Source of the DNA: Abditibacteriaceae bacterium
GTDB lineage: Bacteria; Armatimonadota; Abditibacteriia; Abditibacteriales; Abditibacteriaceae
Reading direction: 5' to 3'
DNA: 21,690 bases
Assembly (NCBI GenBank): GCA_031425655.1
Contig: JANPJS010000250.1
Span: 1 to 21,690 of the forward strand
Under the pieces are notes generated by a model. That model ran no database searches. It was not told where the DNA came from and was given only the letters and a program-made list of their open reading frames with translations. The translations under genes and the position numbers were made by a program. Positions 10,175 through 17,624 of the stretch are shown here, one piece after another. Numbering within the stretch: position 1 is the stretch's first letter; the number at the start of each line of letters is the position of its first letter.

Positions 10175-10564
10175 ATGTCTTCTATCGAAAACCATCGCAT
10201 TCTTGTCGTTGACGATGCCATTGAAGTCGCTGTCTTCTTTACGCGCGCTCTGGAAAGAGTCGGCTTTGCTGTGAGCTATGTCACCGATGGTAAGGAAGGA
10301 CTGAAATTATACGCTCAGGCACGAGATGAGGGGCAGCCTTTTACACTTTTGATTCTCGATTGGGCCATGCCCTCTCTGACCGGTTTGGAAGTCGCGCGAA
10401 CGCTCCGCGAGCAGGGTGACAATGTAAAAATTGTCTTTCTGACTGCCTATTATGAGAATGTCACACCTGATAAAGCGGCTGAAGTTGGAGCTGAGCTTTG
10501 GGGGAAACCCATAGAACTTGAGGATTTGACGTGTAACGTGCGACGCATTTTAGAGATCGCTTAA
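10175..10564 (+). CDS. single-domain response regulator (CheY-like receiver)
   Basis: ILVVDD, phospho-acceptor LDWAMP, FLTA and KP all conserved. No output domain. ATG 10175 preferred over TTG 10163. Confidence 0.9.
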   Translation: MSSIENHRILVVDDAIEVAVFFTRALERVGFAVSYVTDGKEGLKLYAQARDEGQPFTLLILDWAMPSLTGLEVARTLREQGDNVKIVFLTAYYENVTPDKAAEVGAELWGKPIELEDLTCNVRRILEIA

Positions 10565-10623
10565 AGGAAATTTCGTTCGTGAAGCCGTGACACATTGTGC
10601 CCTCACGGTTTTTCATAACGCAG

Positions 10624-10660
10624 AAAAAGAGCGCCAGTGCATTTTGCACTGGCGCTCTTT
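10624..10660. terminator. bidirectional intrinsic terminator between convergent genes
   Basis: Perfect 16-bp inverted repeat AAAGAGCGCCAGTGCA-TTT-TGCACTGGCGCTCTTT with A/T tails. Confidence 0.85.
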
Positions 10661-10680
10661 CGTTTCGACAAAAATAGACT

Positions 10681-11763
10681 TTAACGCTGGATGCGCGCCG
10701 AGCCGCCTTGCGCGAAGGCGCGCACTTGTTCGACGGTTGACATCGTGGTGTCGCCGGGAAATGTTGTCAAAAGCGCGCCGTGCGCCCAGCCGAGTTTCAC
10801 GGCGTCTTCGGGTGTTTCGCCGGTTAGTAGGCCGTAAAAGAAGCCGGCAGCATAGCCATCGCCGCCACCGACGCGGTCAATGACATCCAATTCGCAGGTC
10901 GGCGCTTGAAAGGTGTTGCCGTTGATCCACGCGACCGCGCTCCAACTGTGGCGATTGGTCGAATGCACTTCGCGCAGCGTCGTGGCGACGATTTTGACGT
11001 GAGGATATTTCTCCGTCACGCCGTCCATCATGCTGAAAAACGCGCTGGGATCGAGTTTCGATGCGCTATGCACGTCCTGGCCTTCGACGCCCAAGCCTTT
11101 TTGCAAATCTTCTTCGTTGCCGACCAAAACATCCACGTTTTCCACGATGCGCGCGATGACTTCGACGGCTTTTTGCTGCCCGCCCCAGATGTTCCACAGC
11201 TTTTCGCGGTAGTTCAAGTCGAACGAGGTGATAGCACCGGCAGCTTTGGCCGCTTTCATGGCTTCGATGATCAGTTCGCCGGTGCTTTCCGACAGCGCCG
11301 CGAAAATGCCGCCGCTGTGAAACCAGCGCACGCCGCCGGCAAAAATCGCATTCCAATCGAAGTCGCCGGGCGTAAGCTGCGCCGCCGCTTCATTCGCGCG
11401 ATTGTAGAACACAACCGGAGCGCGCACGCCTTGTCCCCGGTCGCTGTAAACCGCCGCCATGTTCGGGCCGTTGACGCCGTTGTGCTTGAAATGCTTGTAA
11501 AACGGCTGCACGCCCATTGCGCGCACGCGCTCGTGAATCAAGTCGCCAATCGGATAATCCACCATCGCCGAAGCGACGGCGGTTTTGAGGCGAAAGCAAT
11601 CGGAAAGATTGGCCGCGCAATTAAATTCGCCGCCGCTGACGTGAATATCGCAATGATTCGCCTTGCGAAACGGAATAATTCCGGGGTCGAGGCGATGCAC
11701 AAGCGCGCCCAGCGAGAGAAAATCGAGCGCGCCGTCGGGTTTGATGTCTAAGCCGTAGTCCAT
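10681..11763 (-). CDS. kdgK: PfkB-family sugar kinase, 2-keto-3-deoxygluconate kinase-like
   Basis: SGGEFNCAANL, WFHSGGIF, SFDLNYREKLW, GNEED and the PfkB signature DRVGGGDGYAAG. AAGGA precedes ATG at 11763. Confidence 0.8.
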   Translation of the reverse strand: MDYGLDIKPDGALDFLSLGALVHRLDPGIIPFRKANHCDIHVSGGEFNCAANLSDCFRLKTAVASAMVDYPIGDLIHERVRAMGVQPFYKHFKHNGVNGPNMAAVYSDRGQGVRAPVVFYNRANEAAAQLTPGDFDWNAIFAGGVRWFHSGGIFAALSESTGELIIEAMKAAKAAGAITSFDLNYREKLWNIWGGQQKAVEVIARIVENVDVLVGNEEDLQKGLGVEGQDVHSASKLDPSAFFSMMDGVTEKYPHVKIVATTLREVHSTNRHSWSAVAWINGNTFQAPTCELDVIDRVGGGDGYAAGFFYGLLTGETPEDAVKLGWAHGALLTTFPGDTTMSTVEQVRAFAQGGSARIQR

Positions 11764-11781
11764 TTTTATCCTTTGCGAAGC

Positions 11782-11879
11782 AATAGAACGCAAATTACGC
11801 AAATATACGCGAGTTTTCGCAAATATCTTTTAAAAAATTTGCGAAGATTTGCGCGCATTCGCGTAATTTGCGTTCTATT
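11782..11879 (-). repeat. 98-bp imperfect inverted repeat built from (A/T)CGCAAAT-like units, between gnd and the kinase
   Basis: Perfect 19-bp outer arms AATAGAACGCAAATTACGC / GCGTAATTTGCGTTCTATT, continuing inward with TTCGCAAAT/ATTTGCGAA. Confidence 0.85.
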
Positions 11880-13336
11880 TAAGCGTTGTAGGTTCCCGAT
11901 GTGACGCGACCGCCGTGGCCCGTCCAATCGGTGTGGAAGAATTCGCCGCGCGGTTTGTCCACGCGCTCGTAAGTATGAGCGCCGAAAAAGTCGCGCTGGG
12001 CCTGCAAAAGGTTGGCGGGCAGGCGCGCGGTGCGATAGCCGTCGTAAAAGGCCAGCGCGGTTGAAAAGGCCGGAGTTGGCACGCCCGATTCAATCGCTTT
12101 GATAATCGCGCGGCGCCACGCGGCTTGATTGGTGTTCAAAACGCCGCTGAAAAAGTCGTCCACGAGCAGGTTGTTGAGTTCGGGGTTTTTGTCGAAGGCG
12201 TCTTTGATTTTGCCCAAAAACTGGCTGCGGATGATGCAGCCGCCGCGCCACATTAGCGCGATGCCGCCGAAATTCAAGTTCCAACCATTTTCTTTGGCCG
12301 CCTCGCGCAGCAGCATATAGCCTTGCGCGTAGGAAATCATTTTCGAGCAATAAAGCGCCAAACGCACGTCTTCGATAAAGGCGGCGCGGTCGGGCTGGGC
12401 TTGTTTTTCGGGGCCGTGCAGAATTTGCGAAGCCAAGACGCGCTCGTCTTTCATGGCCGAAAGGCAGCGCGAATACACCGCTTCGCCGATTAACGTGACG
12501 GGCACGCCCAATTCAAGCGAGCTGATGCCCGTCCATTTTCCCGTTCCCTTTTGCCCAGCGGCGTCCAGGATTTTGTCGATGATCGGCGCACCGTCTTCGT
12601 CTTTTTTGGCAAAAATCTGGGCGCTGATTTCGATTAAATAGCTATCGAGTTCGCCTTTGTTCCACTCGGCGAAGACTTCGTGCAATTCGTCGGCGCTCAG
12701 GCCAAGTCCGTCTTTTAACAGTTGATACGCTTCGCAAATGAGCTGCATATCGCCGTATTCGATGCCGTTATGCACCATTTTGACGTAGTGTCCGGCGCCG
12801 TTTTCGCCGACCCAATCGCAGCAGGGCGTGCCGTCGTCTACTTTGGCGGCGATAGATTGAAAAATATCTTTGACGTGCGGCCACGCCTTCGGATTGCCGC
12901 CGGGCATGATCGAAGGGCCATTCCGCGCGCCTTCTTCGCCGCCCGAAACGCCGGTGCCGATGAACAAAATGCCCTTTTCTTCCAAGTCTTTGGTGCGCCG
13001 ATTGCTGTCAGTGTGCAGCGAGTTGCCGCCGTCAATGATGATGTCGCCTTCTTCCAAATGCGGCAGCAGTTGATCAATCATGCGGTCAATGGTGTCGCCG
13101 GCTTTGACCATCAACATCACGCGGCGCGGACTTTTGAGACTTTGCACCAACTCGTCAATCGAGCGCGTGCCGACAATTTGCGTGTCTTTGGCCTCGGCGG
13201 CCATAAAATCGTCCACTTTGGAGATGGTGCGATTGTAAACGGCCACCTTATAACCGTGGTCGTTCATGTTCAAAACGAGGTTCTGGCCCATCACGGCCAA
13301 ACCGATTAAACCGATGTCACAACTTGCTGTTTCCAT
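11879..13336 (-). CDS. gnd: NADP-dependent 6-phosphogluconate dehydrogenase (decarboxylating)
   Basis: GLIGLAVMGQNL, GVSGGEEGA, GHYVKMVHNGIEYGDMQ, QKGTGKW and QAQRDFFGAHTY motifs, full length of 485 aa, GGAG upstream of the start. Confidence 0.98.
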   Translation of the reverse strand: METASCDIGLIGLAVMGQNLVLNMNDHGYKVAVYNRTISKVDDFMAAEAKDTQIVGTRSIDELVQSLKSPRRVMLMVKAGDTIDRMIDQLLPHLEEGDIIIDGGNSLHTDSNRRTKDLEEKGILFIGTGVSGGEEGARNGPSIMPGGNPKAWPHVKDIFQSIAAKVDDGTPCCDWVGENGAGHYVKMVHNGIEYGDMQLICEAYQLLKDGLGLSADELHEVFAEWNKGELDSYLIEISAQIFAKKDEDGAPIIDKILDAAGQKGTGKWTGISSLELGVPVTLIGEAVYSRCLSAMKDERVLASQILHGPEKQAQPDRAAFIEDVRLALYCSKMISYAQGYMLLREAAKENGWNLNFGGIALMWRGGCIIRSQFLGKIKDAFDKNPELNNLLVDDFFSGVLNTNQAAWRRAIIKAIESGVPTPAFSTALAFYDGYRTARLPANLLQAQRDFFGAHTYERVDKPRGEFFHTDWTGHGGRVTSGTYNA

Positions 13337-13443
13337 GAATGCTCCTGAGAGTTGGCCTTAATGTTCGACAAAATGGCCGCTTTCGACCTCTTGCGCAGTA
13401 TAGTAAGTAAGGGTGAAGGCGCAACACAAAGCACCGACTTGCG

Positions 13444-13657
13444 CAAGGCAAACGCATTAGGATTTTGAAGAGCCAAAGAGAGTGTCATTCCGAGCGGAAC
13501 GAAGCGAGGCACGAGCGAAGTGGAGTCGAGGAATCTTGTTTTGGTAGCGTTGCATCAAAGATTCCTCGACCCTGCCCAGAGGGCGCCCATTCGTGCCTCT
13601 CTTCGCTCGGAATGACACACTTCATAAGGCCTCAAGAATTCTCATGCGATTGCCCTG
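13444..13657. mobile_element. 214-bp MITE-like element with imperfect terminal inverted repeats and a 10-bp target-site duplication, carrying a REP-like hairpin
   Basis: Direct repeat CCGACTTGCG at 13434-13443 and 13658-13667. The left end CAAGGCAAACGCATTAGGATT matches the reverse complement of the right end, CAGGGCAATCGCATGAGAATT. Confidence 0.8.
13482..13618. repeat. GTCATTCCGAGC-type REP-like long hairpin
   Basis: Nested arms GTGTCATTCCGAGCG/CGCTCGGAATGACAC, GAGGCACGA/TCGTGCCTC and GTCGAGGAATCTT/AAGATTCCTCGAC. Confidence 0.9.
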
Positions 13658-13701
13658 CCGACTTGCGCGCCACCTGTTTTATTGAGGAAACGGAGAAGAC
13701 A

Positions 13702-14559
13702 ATGATTGAAAAATTAAATTTTGGCCGCACCGGCCACCTTAGCACACGCACGATTTTCGGAGCCGCCGCATTGGGCGGCGTCACGCAGGATGGAGCCGAC
13801 CGCACTTTAGACGTGCTGCTCGAATACGGCGTAAACCACATTGACACCGCCGCCAGTTACGGTGCTTCCGAAGAGCGCATCGGGCCGTGGATGAAAGCGC
13901 ATCGCAACGACTTTTTTCTTGCGACCAAAACCGGCGAGCGCACTTATCAGAAGGCCAAAGACGAGATTCATCGCTCGCTGGAACGATTGCGCGTCGAGCA
14001 AATTGATTTGCTGCAATTGCATTGTCTGGTTGACCAAAAGGAATGGCAAACCGCGATGGGCGAAGACGGCGCTTTAAAAGCCGCTATCGAAGCGCGTGAA
14101 GCCGGATTGGTGCGCTTCCTCGGCGTGACAGGGCACGGCGTCGAAGTCGCGCGGCGCCATATCGAGAGCCTCGAACGCTTCGATTTCGCTTCGGTTTTGC
14201 TGCCGTGGAACTATCCTATGATGCAAAACGCGCAATATGCTGCCGATTTCGAGGCTTTGCGCGAACTTTGCCGAGAGCGCGGCGTGGCGATGCAAACCAT
14301 TAAATCCGTCACGCGCCGCCCGTGGGGCGAAGAAGCGCACAATCGCGCGACGTGGTATCAACCGCTGGAAGAGCAGGGCGACATTGACAAAGCGGTGCAT
14401 TGGGTTTTGGGCCAACCCGATTTGTTTTTGAATACGCCCGGAGATATTCACGTTTTGCCGCGCGTTTTAGAAGCCGCCAGCCGCTTTGAAGCCGCGCCGG
14501 ACGACGAAACTATGCGCGATTTGCTCGAAACGCAGGCCATGGCGCCGCTTTTCGTGTGA
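13702..14559 (+). CDS. aldo/keto reductase
   Basis: [39 protein letters not shown] and RFLGVTGH motifs. GGAG precedes ATG 13702. The upstream in-frame extension is repeat-derived. Confidence 0.92.
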   Translation: MIEKLNFGRTGHLSTRTIFGAAALGGVTQDGADRTLDVLLEYGVNHIDTAASYGASEERIGPWMKAHRNDFFLATKTGERTYQKAKDEIHRSLERLRVEQIDLLQLHCLVDQKEWQTAMGEDGALKAAIEAREAGLVRFLGVTGHGVEVARRHIESLERFDFASVLLPWNYPMMQNAQYAADFEALRELCRERGVAMQTIKSVTRRPWGEEAHNRATWYQPLEEQGDIDKAVHWVLGQPDLFLNTPGDIHVLPRVLEAASRFEAAPDDETMRDLLETQAMAPLFV

Positions 14560-14748
14560 ATTTGCAGTCGTTGGACGGAAACGAAGGCAAAATCCTGCAA
14601 AACTGCGACAGTCGCGGCATTCCCTACCGCGAAGTGCGCGGCGTCATCTTGTAAATTTCGTTGTATTGGTTGTTCAGGCAGGCTCAGCTATTTGCTCTCA
14701 TCAACCGACAAGTTTCTCAACCCGATGGTATCCGATTGGGAGAATCCA

Positions 14749-14976
14749 ATGAAATCAACCATCAATATTATTGTTAATGCAATCGGCGGCTCAATATTGG
14801 GTGCTTCTCTCGCCGCAGTTATTGGGATGATATGCACAGCTATGCTTATTCCCAGTTTTGGGAGCGATGGGCAGGCAGGTTTATGGATGATGATTGCTGC
14901 GCCAGTTGGCGGAGGTTTAGGCGCTATCATTAGCATCATTTATGATTTGAGGCGTCGCTCTAATCAAGCTAATTGA
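14749..14976 (+). CDS. small two-helix membrane protein, glycine-zipper-like, unknown function
   Basis: GGAG before the ATG. Two hydrophobic Gly/Ala-rich segments and a basic C-tail (RRR). Noticeably AT-richer than neighbouring genes. Confidence 0.6.
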   Translation: MKSTINIIVNAIGGSILGASLAAVIGMICTAMLIPSFGSDGQAGLWMMIAAPVGGGLGAIISIIYDLRRRSNQAN

Positions 14977-14979
14977 TAA

Positions 14980-15152
14980 CTTAGAATCAGTCTAAAAAGT
15001 CGTAATTGAGTTCAAGAGTTCGGCGCTTTTGTCATTCTGAGCTTGCGAAGAATCTGCTCTTGCATTGAACCTCAGAGTAGATTCTTCGCAAGCTCAGAAT
15101 GACAAATCTCTGACTTTTCGGCCCGATTCCGATTTTGCAAACAGATTCTAAG
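14980..15152. mobile_element. 173-bp MITE-like element enclosing a REP-like hairpin
   Basis: Ends CTTAGAATCAGTCTAAAAAGTCG and (reverse complement) CTTAGAATCTGTTTGCAAAATCG match at 18/23. TA lies outside GAATC..GATTC on both sides. Confidence 0.6.
15028..15106. repeat. GTCATTCTGAGC-type REP-like perfect hairpin
   Basis: Perfect 28-bp arms TTTGTCATTCTGAGCTTGCGAAGAATCT (15028-15055) and its reverse complement (15079-15106). Confidence 0.92.
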
Positions 15153-15195
15153 ACAATTTACAGCTTTACATCCGGCGGCACCTCAACTTGGTCGT

Positions 15196-15969
15196 TCAAC
15201 GGCTGCGAATGCTGGCTAAGCCGCCGTCTACACCGATAATCTGGCCGGTAACCCACGTTTGCGCCGGGTCGAGCAGCCAGGCAATAGCCGAGGCCACGTC
15301 GTCCGGTTCGCCTAATCTTCCCAAAGGATGCAGCGCCGTCGAAGCCTTCGCCATCGCTTCGTTGCCGGTCAGGCTTTGGGTTAAACGAGTTCGCACCAAG
15401 CCCGGAGCCACGCAGTTGACACGAATGTTCTGGCGCGCGTAAGTCGCTGCCGCCGACAGCGTCAGGCCGATGACGCCGGCTTTGGCGGCGCCAATCGCCT
15501 CGTGATTCGCCAAGCCGGTGCGCGCCGCTGCCGACGAACACAACACGATGGAGCCACCGCTTTTCATAACGCGAACCGCCGCGCGCAGCACGTAAAAGGC
15601 CGAAGTCATATTTTGCGCTAAGGTATCGTGCCAGTCCACGTCACTGGTTAAGTGCGCGGGCTTGAGGAGCAGCGAACCGACGCAGCAAACCGCGCCGTCT
15701 AACCGCCCGCTATGTTCCATTGCCTGCGCGAACCATGCGTCCACCTGTTCCGATTGAGTGACATCTACGCTCTGTCCAACAGCGCAAAGCTCGCCGGCCA
15801 ACTTCTTCAAGGGCGTTTCGCTGCGGGCGCCCAACACCATCTCCGCGCCGCACGACGATAAGCGGCGGCACAACGCCTCGCCGATGCCACCCGTCGCGCC
15901 GAGCACTGCGATAACCGGCGTTTTTCCGTCCGCTGTTTGCCATTGTGTCATAGAATTTTCGTTTCTCAT
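15196..15969 (-). CDS. SDR-family oxidoreductase with atypical active site
   Basis: GATGGIG Rossmann motif, DVT, GSIVLCSS, NIRVNCVAPG and WVTGQIIGVDGG. YxxxK is replaced by IGAAK. The start is uncertain (16032, 15969 or 15951). Confidence 0.88.
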   Translation of the reverse strand: MRNENSMTQWQTADGKTPVIAVLGATGGIGEALCRRLSSCGAEMVLGARSETPLKKLAGELCAVGQSVDVTQSEQVDAWFAQAMEHSGRLDGAVCCVGSLLLKPAHLTSDVDWHDTLAQNMTSAFYVLRAAVRVMKSGGSIVLCSSAAARTGLANHEAIGAAKAGVIGLTLSAAATYARQNIRVNCVAPGLVRTRLTQSLTGNEAMAKASTALHPLGRLGEPDDVASAIAWLLDPAQTWVTGQIIGVDGGLASIRSR

Positions 15970-16020
15970 CTCAAGCGCACCCCGATAATTGGTTCGTAAA
16001 ATATCTGCGTTAGGCAGTTC

Positions 16021-16114
16021 TGTCTGATTCATGTAATATTTTTGTCGCAGAATTACGCATTGTCAAGAGGACATTTATCTTTCTCTTGACGAAAGTTAGA
16101 CACACGTCCAAACT
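16021..16114. promoter_or_regulatory. back-to-back sigma70-like promoters and candidate CarH-type operator
   Basis: On -: TTGACA (16066-16061), 17 bp, AAAAAT. On +: TTGACG (16086-16091), 17 bp, CAAACT. TTGACG/TAGACA are 11 bp apart (16086, 16097), and TGT recurs at 16021, 16032 and 16043. Confidence 0.5.
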
Positions 16115-16121
16115 GAGGTTA

Positions 16122-17078
16122 ATGGCAGATGCAAAACAGGAAGAACAAGTGCCCGAAGGGTATTCGATGCAGGTGGCAGCGCGCCGCAGCGGTGTGTCGC
16201 CGCATTTGATTCGGATGTGGGAGCGACGTTATGGCGCGGTGCAGCCGGAGCGCACCGCGACGGGCCGCCGCGTTTATACCGAAGACGCGATTGAGCGATT
16301 GCGATTGCTGCACGCGGCAACGCAGGCCGGACACAGCATCAGCGGCGTGGCACAGTTGCCGATTCAGCGTTTGCGCGCGATTTTGTCTGCCGATGCGAAA
16401 GTAGCCACGCGCACAACGCTGCCTGTCAGCGAAGGCGGCGCGCCGGCCCAGCAATGGGTGGCGCGGGCGCTGGGCGCGACGGAAGAATTGCAATCGGAAG
16501 AATTGCGCGCTGCTTTGGACGGCGCGCTTTTGGCGCTGGGCCGCGTGGCGACCATCGAGCAGGTTATGGCGCCCTTAATGGAAGCGGTTGGCGAGCGTTG
16601 GCGCGCTGGCACGATGCGCGTGGCGCACGAGCATTTGGCGGCCAGCGCGGCGCGCACTTTTTTGGGCGCGCTTTTAGAAGCTTTAGTTCCTGCGGATGCG
16701 CCGCTGCTTTTAGCGACTACGCTGGAAGGTCAAACGCACGAAATCGGTGCGCTGATGGCCGCCGCGACGGCAGCTTCGGAAGGTTGGCGCACTTTGTATC
16801 TGGGGCCGAATTTGCCCGCCGAGGAAGTGGGGGCCGCAGTGCGCGCTCATGCCAATTATGGCGTGTGCGCTTTGGCTTTGAGCTTCGTTTATCCGTCCGA
16901 CGACGTGCGCCTTGAACTTGAAGTGCGTCGTCTGGGCGAGTTTTTGCCCCCGCGCTTTCCGGTTTTCGCCGGAGGCCGCGCCGCCGCGGGCTATGCCGCC
17001 GCGCTGGATGCCATCGGCGCTCGCCGCGTGGCCGATTTGCAGGAATTAAGGCACGTTCTCGAAGAATTGCGCCGATAA
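16122..17078 (+). CDS. MerR-family regulator with cobalamin-binding domain (CarH/LitR-like)
   Basis: MerR wHTH (VAARRSGVSPHLIRMWERRYG..RTATGRRVY), W-x9-EH motif (WRAGTMRVAHEH), B12 motif QTHEIG, YLGPNLP, ALS and GG. GAGG precedes ATG 16122. Confidence 0.92.
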   Translation: MADAKQEEQVPEGYSMQVAARRSGVSPHLIRMWERRYGAVQPERTATGRRVYTEDAIERLRLLHAATQAGHSISGVAQLPIQRLRAILSADAKVATRTTLPVSEGGAPAQQWVARALGATEELQSEELRAALDGALLALGRVATIEQVMAPLMEAVGERWRAGTMRVAHEHLAASAARTFLGALLEALVPADAPLLLATTLEGQTHEIGALMAAATAASEGWRTLYLGPNLPAEEVGAAVRAHANYGVCALALSFVYPSDDVRLELEVRRLGEFLPPRFPVFAGGRAAAGYAAALDAIGARRVADLQELRHVLEELRR

Positions 17079-17091
17079 AAAGGAGATTCTC

Positions 17092-17388
17092 ATGTCGAAA
17101 ATGCTAACTGTGGTGGCCCGTGTGCGGGCTAAGCCGGGCAAAGAAGAACAGGTGCGCGAGGCGCTGATGGCTCTGGTTGAACCGACGCGCAAAGAAGCCG
17201 GCTGCATCAATTATGATTTGCATCGTTCGCAGGAAGACGCGGCCCTGTTTCTCTTTCACGAGAATTGGATCAGCCGCGAAGCGTTGGATAAGCATCTGCA
17301 AATGCCGTATTTGCAAGAATTGGGCGCCAAAGCCGAAGACTTGTTCGATGGCCCAGTTGAGGTCACGCTCTGGGATAACGTGAGCTAA
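17092..17388 (+). CDS. ABM-family putative quinol monooxygenase
   Basis: VVARVRAKPGKEE, TRKEAGCINYDLH, FLFHENW..ALDKH motifs. AGGAG RBS. Confidence 0.9.
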   Translation: MSKMLTVVARVRAKPGKEEQVREALMALVEPTRKEAGCINYDLHRSQEDAALFLFHENWISREALDKHLQMPYLQELGAKAEDLFDGPVEVTLWDNVS

Positions 17389-17391
17389 ACC

Positions 17392-17560
17392 ATGCCGATT
17401 GCCTCGATCAATCCCGCGACCAGCGAAATTCTTCAAGAGTTCGAGCCGCTCTGCGAATCGGCTCTTGACGAAAAACTCAATCGCGCCGCCGCTGCCTTTT
17501 TGCAGTGGCGGCGTGTTTCGTTTGGCGAACGCGCGGCGCTACTGCAAAATGCCGCGCAAA
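17392..17560 (+). pseudogene. N-terminal fragment of NAD(P)-dependent succinate-semialdehyde dehydrogenase (Sad/GabD1-like)
   Basis: MPIASINPATSEIL..AAAAFLQWRRVSFGERAALLQNAA is a typical start for this family. Similarity is lost after about 56 codons and the frame stops at 17628. Confidence 0.85.
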
Positions 17561-17624
17561 AAACTTGCTCCCAATCCGCGCCTCGGATAAAATCGCATCA
17601 ACAATCTGCTGGTGGAGGCAAACG

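Noticed and set aside
10906..11751. 281-aa plus-strand ORF
   Set aside because: Antisense shadow of the well-supported PfkB kinase, expected in GC-rich DNA.
11782..11879. Possible CRISPR array or tRNA among the repeats
   Set aside because: The repeats are inverted rather than regularly spaced direct repeats with unique spacers. There is no cloverleaf and no cas gene in the window.
12722..13309. 195-aa plus-strand ORF
   Set aside because: Antisense shadow of gnd.
13465..13701. 79-aa N-terminal extension of the aldo/keto reductase
   Set aside because: It is mostly the translation of the MITE/REP element. Family similarity and an RBS begin at ATG 13702.
17505..17624. Upstream extension of the 263-aa ORF
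   Set aside because: It overlaps the aldehyde dehydrogenase fragment. The RBS and signal peptide point to ATG 17625.
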